A stretch of 64,000 nucleotides of DNA, from the NCBI RefSeq assembly GCF_009914755.1, contig NC_060929.1, one strand, 5' to 3'. The notes under the pieces are model-generated. The model had not been told where the DNA came from and did no database searches. It saw only the letters and a list, made by a program, of their open reading frames with translations. Below are positions 30,924 through 43,675 of the stretch, in pieces. Position numbers and translations under genes: made by a program. Source of the stretch: the human T2T-CHM13v2.0 reference genome, Homo sapiens. Positions within the stretch are counted from its first letter, which is position 1; each line of letters begins with the position of its first letter.

Positions 30924-32554
30924 GTAACTTGAATTATTTGTTCTGTATTGTTATGTAATCAATTTAATATGCAGTTAGGCTCTTTTTATGAGGTTTTCCA
31001 AAACCTCTTGATTTAAATGTAAATTTATAAATAAATAGAACATTTATTTGGTTTAAAACTATATAAAGATATTTTTGGAAAAGTCTTGGTCCCTTCCATT
31101 CTACACCCATGTCTGTAGGTAATCATTTTTATTAGGTTCTGGTTTGTACTTCTTGTGTTTCTCTTTTGTGCATGCACACACATACACACACGCTTATTTT
31201 ATCCCTAATATATCTCCATCTCTTGTTATATATGTCCCTTGTTTTTTCCTTTCATAAATAATGTCATATTATATATAATCTTTTTTTCCCCAATTATTTT
31301 TTTTGGTCAGTATATCCTAAAAATCACTCCATATGAATTCACAAGAATCCTCCTCATTGGTAGTGGCACCATGGAACTTCTTTGTGTGACTGAACCATCA
31401 TTTATCCAGTCAGTCTCCTTTGGATAGGCATTGGGGTTGTTTTTCAGCGTTTTTCTCTTATAAATAATGCTTTCTCTACCAATTTTTTAAATGAGCATTT
31501 GCTAGAGAAAAGGCATTGTCTTAGGACTGCTAGGTCATATGGTGAAGAATAAGATATATTTTCTGCCCCTGAAGTGCTTACTGCTTCTGGTAAGGGATGG
31601 TTTTAGAAGGAAGAGGGCTAGGAAGAAAAGTGGCGCAGTACCTAGTAGGTAAGTATAATCTGGATGCTCCCAGTAATTCTGAGTGTTGACTGCACATTCT
31701 CATAGAAGTGGGGTGAGACAAATATATGGGAAGTAACTGTTATGCTGTAGTCTAGTTTCCAAGTAAAAATAAAAAGAAACCTTTTAAATTAAATACTCCT
31801 CAGTAAATAAATGCTTAATAAATTTATTGAGCTACAAATGCTAAGTTTCAGTAAATCATTTTAGTTTAACAGTACTTTTTTTTTTTTTTTAAACAGAGCA
31901 CTTTCTAAAGGTAAAATATAGGTTGGGGAAATCTTTTTCTTGTTAGTATTATTCAGCCAAAACAGTAAATCTTTTTAAAAAGCTTCATATTTAATGTTCA
32001 CTCCTACACATTTAAAATATACATGGTTGCACAGCCTATTCATGGTTAAAAAAATTAATATATATTTGTATTAATAATAGAAAAGTTATAAGATGGAAAA
32101 GTATAAAGGAAAAAATAAACTTAGGGGATAGGTGTAAGCATTAGGTTTTCCATGATTAACTTATGCATTTTCATTAATTTTAGGTAAAACATGTCTCTAT
32201 TTTAACATGATGTCATCTCTAATGGAATACATTAGAGCTGGGTTAAAAAGTAATTTACCAGTGGAAAGCTCAGTGCTGTTCAGATTTAGAAGTCAGCCCC
32301 CCTGAGATAATCCACACCATTTTGTATCCCACATCTTGGACCAAGGGTGTAGGCAACCTTGGGTCCTGGTGATTGGAAGCAGAGGCACATCGGCACTGTG
32401 TTCTTTTCTGGTGGAAGGATGGGGTTGTGTGAGAGGCCCCTAGGCTGGGGGCTGGAGGGTGATGAATTATCATCCCCCGCAGGGGACACGTCTGCAAAGT
32501 GTGTCCACGCATGCCAGCAGCTGCTGCTTCTCCAGGCCAGCGTGCCCTGTGTCA

Positions 32555-33029
<475 letters not shown>

Positions 33030-36000
33030 ATATAGAAGCAGAGTTTTGTTTGTTTGTTTTTAATCTTAGGTTGGTGAGGTCACAGGTCTTTGGCACACAT
33101 GTTGTAATTCCCTTTCCCCATTCCTATGGCAGACATTGATGATTGATCCCATATATTTTCCTGTTGGCTCCACCTTGGAAATCATAGCAGTAGTGGATCA
33201 GATTTGGCATGTGAGTTGCATATCCTCTTCTTAAGGTAATTCAATTTTGCCAACAGACAGGATTTATCATGCACATGTTCATGTCATTCTCTCTGGTCTG
33301 GCTGGACTTAGCTGCAGCTGGCGAATGCTGTCCTACCATGTTGCCTTTGGTGGCAGCCACCATTCCTGTCATCTCTGGAGCCTCCTGTCCTGTCAAGCCA
33401 CAGACCCTTTTATTTCTATTGTTACATTACCTATAGTTACCAGTTGATTGATGGATGCTCTACTCACTTGCTCATATTTTTTGCAGCTGCTTCATCCTGA
33501 ATTTATTTCTCTCCATGGCCAAATTCAACAATACCATATGTACTGTCGGGAAAAAAAGTCTTAGGTCAGGAAAAAAAGTCTTATAAGTCTTGCCTTGTTT
33601 CTGTGATAGACCACAGCTTATTTATAATAGGCCACAGCTTGTTTATAAAGCAGCTAACTCCTCCCAACTACTACTTGTTAGTTTATGTGATTTTTAAAAA
33701 TTATCACATTATGTGACTCCCTTCAGCCAAACATTGATCTTAGTAAGGTCTGAGGTTTAACTCTAACCACCAAACATAAATGCTTATGGCTTTTGGAAAA
33801 TGTGAACTGAACGCTGAAGTCAAGCCTCTGAACCTTGTGTGTGTGTCAGTCTCACGGTGTCAGTAACTTAGAATTGAAAAGCAGATGTGAGCTTTCCTCT
33901 TGCTTCTTTCTAGTATTAAATCAATATAGTGTTTTAGAATATTATATTTAAGTGTCATTTCACAGGAGACATATAAACGTATCTACTTCAGAGGCCTCTC
34001 CCTGTGCATGAATTTTCACATTTTGTCTTCATTGCCTCATCAGTATTGCCAGTAGGTGTCACTGTGTACATTAAATGGAAATCAAAGATGTCATTAGAAG
34101 AATTTCCAAAATTATGGCAATTTTTTTTAAAACAGAGTTCCCAACAGTAAGCCAGAATGTTTATACCACTTCTTTTTTTTATTTTTAAATTTTTTCTTAG
34201 GCTATCATAAGAAAACATGACATCAATTTTTCTCTCCCTATTTCTGCTACCTTACTACCTTATATGAGCCCTTATGTATATATGAAAATACTTATTTTGG
34301 ATGCATTCATAAGAATTAGAAGACAGCATATAGACTAACATGTTAAAGGAAAGAATGGATCATTTTGAACTTACATATGTCACTCTCCTAGGATAGAACT
34401 ATGCTGCCAGAAATCTTTTTCAGGGGATGGAGTGGGGATTTTATCACTCCAAATACTTATTTGTGACAATACAAGAATATTGTAAAAACAAAAAAAAATT
34501 AACGTGCAATGAATATGTGTGTGTGCACACAGATGCGCGTTTGCCAGCTGAGGACTTTTTTAACCAGTATTTTTAGGTCCTCTATACATTTATGAGGCTA
34601 CTCTTCAGAATTTTTAGTTTTCCTGTAACAGAAGAAACTGTTTCCTATCTTGTATAATCCTACAGTTTCAAGTTTACAGTAATATTAGTGGAACTTAATT
34701 GTTTAAATGTCTGAGACTTTTTTCTGTGGGCTCCCTGTCCTGTTCACCCCTTCAAAAAAGTAAAAGTATTTGACTTTATGTCTTCTGTTGCTTTTTGGGG
34801 GAAAATACCATGATGGTCACTTAACTCATTTTCAGGTCTTTGATACTAAGATCAACAGTATTGTAAAATGCTTTCTTCAGTTGAGCAATACAAATTTAGG
34901 TTGTACCAATGTTCTGGAAAACTGTTTGTGTGCATGTATGTGTGTCGGGGTTGGTGCTGGAATTGTGATCTGTTGTCTGAAATAATTACATGTGGTTTTT
35001 CCATTCAGAAGAATGTTCCTTTTGTGAAGAATGACTTAAGGAAGATTCATGATGACTGAGTGTGCCCGTGTGGAACTTTAGGACATAGATGCACTCCTAC
35101 AGAGTCAGTCTTAAATCATCTTCAACCCTATTTTCCCTGATACACGTAATAAAAATGAAGATGTGTTCTATGTGGTGGCAAGGGGAAAATTGTCTGCAAG
35201 ACATGATACAGATAGCAATTAAAATGCACTGGGGATTACTCAAAATTCCTTTTCATTTATAACTTTTAAAATTAAGAATGCTTAAAGTAAAAACCCTTTC
35301 CCAGATCTGAGGCCCTGCAGGCAGTGTGGGACAGTGCAGTGAGCCATGTGCCTTTGGGTCAGAGGGTCTGGGCTCCAGCCACTATGGCAGCACTCTGAGT
35401 TTGTGTATAGGCAGAGCTCAGATTTTCTCCATCTTTGAGTTCTTTGGTCTGGGAAAGGAGAAGTGTTGTTGTATAGGTTAAGTGTAGGGCTTTAGCTGAA
35501 TCAATAACATTTTGTTTCTTAAAAAAAGAAAATGAAATCAAAATAAATATGGAAAAATATCCATTAAATCTTGATGATGGGTAGATGCTTCTGTTGATAC
35601 TGTTTTCTACCCAGAGTTTCTATGTGGTTGAGTTGAAGGCATGAGCATTAATATTTTCAAAGCATTCTGCAGGTAACTAACATGCAGCCAGAATTGAGAA
35701 TCAATGGTCTACATGGCTTCTTATTCCTAAGCCGGCAGGCCAAATGTGGTTGATGGGGCATTTCACAAATCAGAGTTTAGGAACTGGAGTCAGAGAACCT
35801 TGAAAGTGTCCCCATCCTTGGGTGCACACAGGAGGGTGTCTAGAGGCTTACAGTGTTTATGCATTATTGGTGGTGGGCTGTCCTGGCCATTTTTGAGAGC
35901 TTCTTTTCCTTGATGCTTGAAGCTTTCTGTTTACCATTCCTGCTGGAATAACTTTCCCCACCTCCTGACAGCCTCCACTGTGAGATCTGTGCCCCACCTG

Positions 36001-36271
36001 AAGAACACAGTCTCTTCTGCTCTTTTCACTCCTATAGTCTTCAACATACACCTGGCTGCGAGTCGTGGTGACTTTGGAGCTAGACTAGTAAATCCCTTGC
36101 TGTTGGTAGGGTTCTGGCAGTAGATGTTCTAAGGGGAGGGTTGGCATAGGTAGTAGCAGCAGTAGCTTGAGTGAACATGTCTTCAGCTATTATGGAGTCC
36201 ATAGAAATATACCATTTGCACCAGAAAAAATTAGTTCAACATACAGTCTATCAGTAATGCTTCTGTTGAAT

Positions 36272-36575
36272 ATTTTTATTTTTATTTATTTTTTGAGACA
36301 GGTTAGTTTCTGTTGCCCAGGTTAGAGTGCAGTGGCACAATTACAGCTCACTGAATCCTCGAACTCGCAGGCTCCATCTGTCCTCCCATCTTAGCCTCCC
36401 AAATAGCTGGGACTACAGGCACACACCACCATGCCTGGCTGATTTTTGTATTTTTTGTAGAGATGGGGTTTTGCCATGTTGCCCAGGCTGGTCTCAAAAT
36501 CCTGGGCTTAAGCAGTACGCCTGCCTCAGCCTCCCAAAGTGCTGAAATTACAGGCGCGAGGCACTGTGCCTGGCC
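36272..36575 (-). mobile_element. AluJ
   Basis: Antisense dimer; TSD tctgttgaata. Confidence 0.92.
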
Positions 36576-36814
36576 CCCTCTGTTGAATAGTAAAAAGTTC
36601 CTTCAGCACTTAATTTGACTCTTTGCTAGATGCTTATCTGACAATGATGAAGGAATGCAGTGAGCTCTTAACCTCCCAAGGCAGTGTATGCTCTTGTGGG
36701 GATAACCCTTAAAGGAGAGTTGGGGAAAGTTTTTCTTATTAGGACTGATTAACTCACAGGTGGAAAACCCAAGGACTTTAGTAGAACCCATTTTAAAAAT
36801 CTTGATCTCTCCCT

Positions 36815-37185
36815 TTTTTCCAGCTTTACTGAATAAATGACAAATAAATATTGTGTGTATTTAAGATGTGCAATATGGTGTGGGTTTTTTTTTGTTTGTT
36901 TTTTGAGACAGGGTCTTGCTCTGTTGCCCAGGCTGGAGTGCAGTGGCGTGGTCAGGGATCACTGCTGCCTTGAACTCTCAGGCTCAAGCGATACTCCTGC
37001 CTCAGACTCCTGAGTAGCTGGGACCACAGGTGTGTGCTACCACACCCACCCAGCTACTTTTTTTTTTTTGAGATGAGGTCTCACTGTGTTGCCCAGGCTG
37101 TGATGTTTTTGATAATACATATACAGTGTGAAATGATTACCACAATCAAGCGAATTAACATATCTATCACCTCACATAGTTACAA
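36815..37185 (-). mobile_element. L1MA-type 3' end interrupted by a 5'-truncated antisense Alu (~36884-37100)
   Basis: cagctttactga...tatttaagatgtgcaa and tgtgaaatgattaccacaatcaagcgaattaacatatctatcacctcacatagttac flank an Alu right arm plus a left-arm stub. Confidence 0.75.
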
Positions 37186-37352
37186 TTTTGAGAGTGTGTG
37201 TAGCAGCAATTTTTAAAATGTGAACTATTAAAACGTGTTTTTTAAAAAAATGAAGAACAGAGAACATGCAGGTCTGTGCATTGGAAATTAAATTCAAATT
37301 TTCATTCTATATGGCCATGTAAAAATGGTGTGGTATAGAAAACATAACTAAG

Positions 37353-37662
37353 GGCCTGGTGGAATGGCTCACACCTGTCATCCCAGTGCTTTGGGAGGCC
37401 AAGACAGGAGGATCTGCTTAAGGCTAGGAGTTTGAGACCAGCCTGGGCAACGTAGTAAGACCCCATCACTACAAAAAATATAAAAAATCAGCCAGGTATG
37501 GTGGCACACACCTATAGTCCCAGCTGCTTGGGAGGCTGAGGCGGGAGGATTGCTTCAGACTGGGAGGTCAAGCCTGCAGTGAGCTGAGATCACACTACTG
37601 CACTCCAGCCTGGGTGACAGAGTGAAACTTCAGTCTCAAAAAAGAAAGAAAAAAGAAATAAA
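37353..37662 (+). mobile_element. AluJ
   Basis: Diverged sense Alu dimer. Confidence 0.92.
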
Positions 37663-37747
37663 ACAACAGGGAAAGGATAAAATGTTTTTAAAGACCTAAG
37701 AGCCAAAAATTTATTCAGTTATCATTATAAGTAATGTTCCTTTTTCA

Positions 37748-38084
<337 letters not shown>

Positions 38085-39147
38085 GCAAAATATTGCTCAT
38101 ATTTATGATGAAGAACTATTGCACTGTACCTAAGTTTTGGATCTCTTGAAATATAGCTTGTTTTCTTTTTATTATTTATTTGTTTCTACTTTATGCATTG
38201 ACTGTGGGGGACAATAAGGAGAATGTAGAAGATTTATAAAATGCAGTATCTTTCTTGGAATTTATAGGCTATGTGAATAGATTGCAGTTAAACAACAATG
38301 AAAACTAGGGTATGTTTAGGGACAAAACACAAAGATATAATAAATATTCTAGGAATTTAGGAACGATCAGCCAGGTCCAGCGGGGCTGGTATGCAGGAGG
38401 TATTTGGGCATCTCATTTATTGCCTAAGTCCTGGACACTGTTGCCTTTCTGCTCCCTTTGTTCCATATGCCTGCTCCCATTGAAGGTTTACTTGGCCTCT
38501 CACTCTTGACTTTTGTCTCCTGTCATTGCCCCTTGGACTTTACAGATTGATCTTACAGGATCTTGACCCTCCATTCTCTCCCTTGGATGTGTCATACACA
38601 CATGTTCTACCTGACCTTGGACATGGGGTAATACCAGAGATGCCTGGTAGATGCCTGGTCCTAGGGTCCTCCTCCACAGCAGCCCATTTGGAATCATTCT
38701 GCTCTGACTTGCTTCTTAATGGGTGTCTGTCCCTGGACATCCTGTGGTAGAACATCCTAATTTTGGGATATCCCAAAACTGATTGCATTATATCCGTTCC
38801 ATCTTTCTCTCTTCCATAAACAAACAATATTCTTTTGTCTTATATATCTTTGAGTCTAAGACTGAGCTTCACTATCTGCCCAGTTTTCCAACCTAAAACA
38901 TAAGAACAGTCATTGTCTGTCCTTCATCTGGGCATTCAGCTCTTTGCCAGTAATCTCTGTGGCCTCTGGCCCTTGTTCACACTCCTCCTTGTTCACCCAT
39001 CTTCCCTGTGTACTCATGGTGGCAGTGCCACTCACTCTTCTCATAGGCTGTACCCTGCTGTGTCTCTCCATACCTCTTCTGAGTTTGCCTTTCTGAATAT
39101 TTCTATTGCCTCTTGGCTCTCTATAGCCTGAAGGTCAGACTTGTAGG

Positions 39148-39636
39148 TGTAGTGTAGTGCTGAACCCCTTTCAACTCCAGTTGGGATGGCACCAGGTTCA
39201 AGAGGCTGAAGAAGAGATGCAGAGCCAGCAAAGGAGACATGGAGTTTTATTGTTTACATACAGGGGAAATGGAAGAGGACCAGGGAAGATAACCACACAG
39301 CCCAGTGGCAGAGAGCTGGGCAGGAAAACCACAACCACTTGCAAAAAGCATGCAGTTTATATAGCATTTCCACTTAACACCTCCCCTCTAACAACCTCCA
39401 CCTGGCAACCTTCATTCCAGATGAAACTCAGGGCCTCGATTCTCTGTACACTTATGTTCTATGGGAGGGGATGGGGGCTCAGATGTTCCTTACAGACAAG
39501 GAACAGAATCTTCCTATTGGCCAGTACTGGATTCCCTAGCCCAGTACACACATTCAGGTTTGTCTGCTATACAGGGTCATCCTCAGGGTGACCCTGTCAT
39601 GCTTAAGTTATTGCTATCAGGTGTATTTATCATGCA
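39148..39636 (-). mobile_element. Solo ERVL LTR (LTR47-like)
   Basis: Minus strand begins TGCATGATAAATACACCTGATAGCAATAACTTAAGCAT...GACCCTGTATAGCAGAC..ACCTGAATGTGTGT as I recall LTR47; AATAAA (ttttatt ~39245) and TATA-like (tttatatag ~39357) on minus; TSD not clean. Confidence 0.7.
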
Positions 39637-39972
39637 TATGGTTAAAAAGAGCCCCTTCCCCGTCTTGTCCCAGCTTACCTCTTTAACCTTCTCTTAGCCA
39701 GTTCAATTCCCCTCCTTTTGATGACTGTCTTCCCCCAGACTCAACTGAGTTTCAACTCATATTAGTCTGCCACTGTTGCACAAATATATCATTGCAATTC
39801 TGGATCTGTATCTTGCTACTTATTGTTCCCTAGGCCTGAGACGTCCCCAGCCTCTTCAGTCTCATTTTCACCCTGTATACAGAGAACTCAGTACCCCACT
39901 CAGAAACATGCATTTCTGTGAATCATTGCCTAAATGTCCCAGACAGAGGTGGTTGTACTCTCCTTTGTACGT

Positions 39973-40282
39973 TTTTTTGTTTGTTTTTTTTTTATACAGC
40001 GTCTTAGTCTGTCACCCAGGCTGGAGTGCAGTGGCACGATCATGGCTCACTGCAGCCTTGACCTCCCCAGGCTCAGAGGATCCTCCCACCTCAGCCTCCC
40101 TAGTCACTGGGACTACAGGCATGTGCCACTACATCTGGCTAATATTCGTATTTTTTTAAATAGAGACAGGGTTTCTCCATGTTGCCCAAGCTGGTCTTGA
40201 ACTCCTGGGCTCAAGTGATCCACTCACCTCAGCCTTTCAAGGTGTTAGGATTACAGGCCTGAGCCAGCCACAGTGCCACGCC
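39973..40282 (-). mobile_element. AluJ
   Basis: Antisense Alu dimer. Confidence 0.92.
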
Positions 40283-41002
40283 TCCTCTGCACTTTTAATG
40301 TACCCTGTTTATGTTTCTTCTATACCAACTTTTGCACTGTGTTTTGGCCAGTGAACAGGTCTTTCCCTCCGCTGGTCTGTGAAGTCTGACTGACCTGCAA
40401 ATCATGCTTTATGCATCTAATTATCTCCTGTGGACTGGGCACCTGCACACTGCTCAGCTCATCTTTGTTGCGTGAATGAAGACCCATGTTGAATGGAGTT
40501 TTAAAATCTGGGAAGTTTTTGGCCATGTGCTTAATGTTGAGTTTTGTTTCCTAATTAACCTTAAGTTTTGGTTTACTGTGGTGTATCTATTCTGTGCTTC
40601 TGTAATTTAAAGCATAATTACTGCATGAATCTGTTTGAGAAGGGTATGTTTTTAAATTTTTATACTTTTGATAAGCTTCTGCTTTGTTACATTTATGATG
40701 TAACAAAGCCCTTTTATTGGTGGACTACTTTCTAATTAAAATACTCTATTTACAGATTTGTTCTAAGCCTCTTCCTAGGTACACAATATGTTTCAATAAT
40801 TACATTAAAAGATACATAAATATAATGCATATTAATATTAAAAACATAAATGTATGTTATGTCTAATTGGTCCTACGGTTAAATGGCACAGTAGGGACAG
40901 GAGACCTTACATTTTTTTTCAGCTCTTATAAATTCTTGGGTTCTGTGGGTTAAGTTTAACATCGTTTTAGCCCCTAGAGCAAGAGAAGCTTGAGAATGAT
41001 AG

Positions 41003-41350
<348 letters not shown>

Positions 41351-42338
41351 TTTTTATCTTTTGTTTTTTCCTTTGTTTATATCTGGTCTTTAAAAAAAAT
41401 TATTTTTTAATTATTTTAAGTTCTTTAAATGCCTAGCCTTTTCTACAAATCTGTAATTACATGATCCCAGTATTTAAAAATGTTTCTTGCAGTTACAGCT
41501 TTTTCTGTATTTTATAGACTCATTAATAATTTACATGATCATCAGATAATTCGGCTTAATATGTCTTATTCTATTCAGTATGCTCTTAAAGTTAACTGTG
41601 ACCGAAGGAACATGTCAACTAAGAAAGCTAAACGTTTCACATTGATAATAAATCTGAGATTAATTGTTCTTTTGGCTTTCACTTAAACTCCATGGAGTTT
41701 AACTGGGAAAAAAATATGCCACCACTTTAGACCCATGTGAAAGGAAGACAGCCTGATGCTCCAGACCTGTTTGGAGCGGCCGTCTCGTATTTCCCCACTC
41801 ATGAGCCACCACACACAGTCAGCTTCTAGCAGGCCTGGTGTGGGTGTTGTTTCCCAGGACACTTTTTAAGTAAGTGTGTAAGAACATAGATGTGTCCATT
41901 CAGAAAAGTTCTTCAAGTCCTTAATGTCCTCAGTGAAAGTATGTTAGAATGTATTGTGTTTTTATAGCCCACACTCCAGCTGTGTAGATGTGAAACAAGA
42001 CTAAATAGGCATATTTGACTTCACAGGTTTTGTGGGTGGGGTGTTGAGGGTAGGTAAGGATCCTGATTCCATCCTGAGGTTATCAGCTAGGGGTAGAGAG
42101 TGGAGTGAAGTGGGAGATTGGGAGGTGGGAGGAGGGAAGGGGTATGTGGGACGATTAGTATCTGACAGTTGGGTTCATTCTGCCAGCGCACCCTGAGAGG
42201 TCCCACCACTCCTGAGCTGAAGGCTGTGATTTTGGGTCTTCACTGTATTGATCACAGGTGGCCTGCCTCAGCCACTCACTCAGGAGGCTTAGGAAATACA
42301 GGCTAATTTACTACTTAACTGCATCCAAAAAATTTATA

Positions 42339-42522
42339 CAGGTTGAGCATCCCAAATTCAAAACTTTTTGAGTGCTAACATGATGCTCAAAGGAAATGTT
42401 CACTGGAGTATTTCGGATTTCAGATTTTCAAATTTGGGATGCTCAACCAGTAAGTATAATACAAATACTAAATCTGCAGCACTTCTGGTCCCAAGCAATT
42501 TGGATAAAGGATATTCAGCCTG
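42339..42522. mobile_element. MER46/Tigger4-type MITE
   Basis: TIRs caggttgagcatccc / ggatattcagcctg with TA on both sides. Confidence 0.85.
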
Positions 42523-43382
42523 TAATAACCCTAGGAACACCTGATTGGAGATCTGTCCAAACTTCCTGAGCACTAGTTCAAGATCCTCCTCTCTTTCCAA
42601 CTCAGATATAACTTCCATCTGTAAGAGTAGGTTTATAATTACAGGTTGCAGATTTAGAGATACTACTTGGGAACTCAAATTTAAATGATTTTTACCTGAC
42701 CCTGACCATTTACTACCTTCCTGGTTGAACTCAGTCCTTCAAGGTTTATAGTAATCCATTGAGTTGTGGATGTCTCAGGATTAAACATTCAGCCACAGTT
42801 AAGTACCTACTATGTGGTAAAGTCTTAAATAGACACTGGAGACAGAATAACAGCTAAGAGTCAGGTGGAGGATGTGTATATCAACAAATACAAATAAAAC
42901 AACCACAAGCACTTCAGGTATATACAGAGAGCTCTAAGACCACAGAACCTGCAGGTAAAGTGTTCCTCTGCATTCTTAGGGTGACCATACAACTTGGCAT
43001 CCAAACTGAAATGTTTTTGAAAGTACAAGGTGGTAGTATAGAGATTTGTGCTGGGATAACAGCAGTAGACCTGGGCTGTCTGGGAACAGCCAGGGCAGTG
43101 GTCATCTCTCCACTTAGCACCCCATACCTGGCTCACTCTGGGTTCCACCATGCTGCCCTCCTGTCTGTCATTGTACAAACATCTTACAAGATTGTATTTA
43201 ATAGTTGTCATGTGCCTTATTAATTGTGAGTACAGCATAGTGGGTCTGATTTGAATCAATTTTTTGTTTCCAGGTAGGCCTAGAACAGAAAGTGTATGAA
43301 GTGAAAGTATTTTGAACTTGACATGCATAATCTCATTTACTTCTCAGAGCAGTTCTTTAGGGTTTATGTACTGTTGGTATTT

Positions 43383-43675
<293 letters not shown>

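Noticed and set aside
35048-35140. Possible C/D box snoRNA (ATGATGA ... CTGA)
   Set aside because: No terminal stem and no recognisable rRNA or snRNA antisense element; these motifs are common by chance
42861-43328. 155-aa ORF in non-repeat DNA (likewise 144-aa ORFs at 21843-22277 and 39157-39591)
   Set aside because: No recognisable domain or exon structure; lengths are within chance expectation for 64 kb in six frames; the 39157 ORF lies inside an LTR
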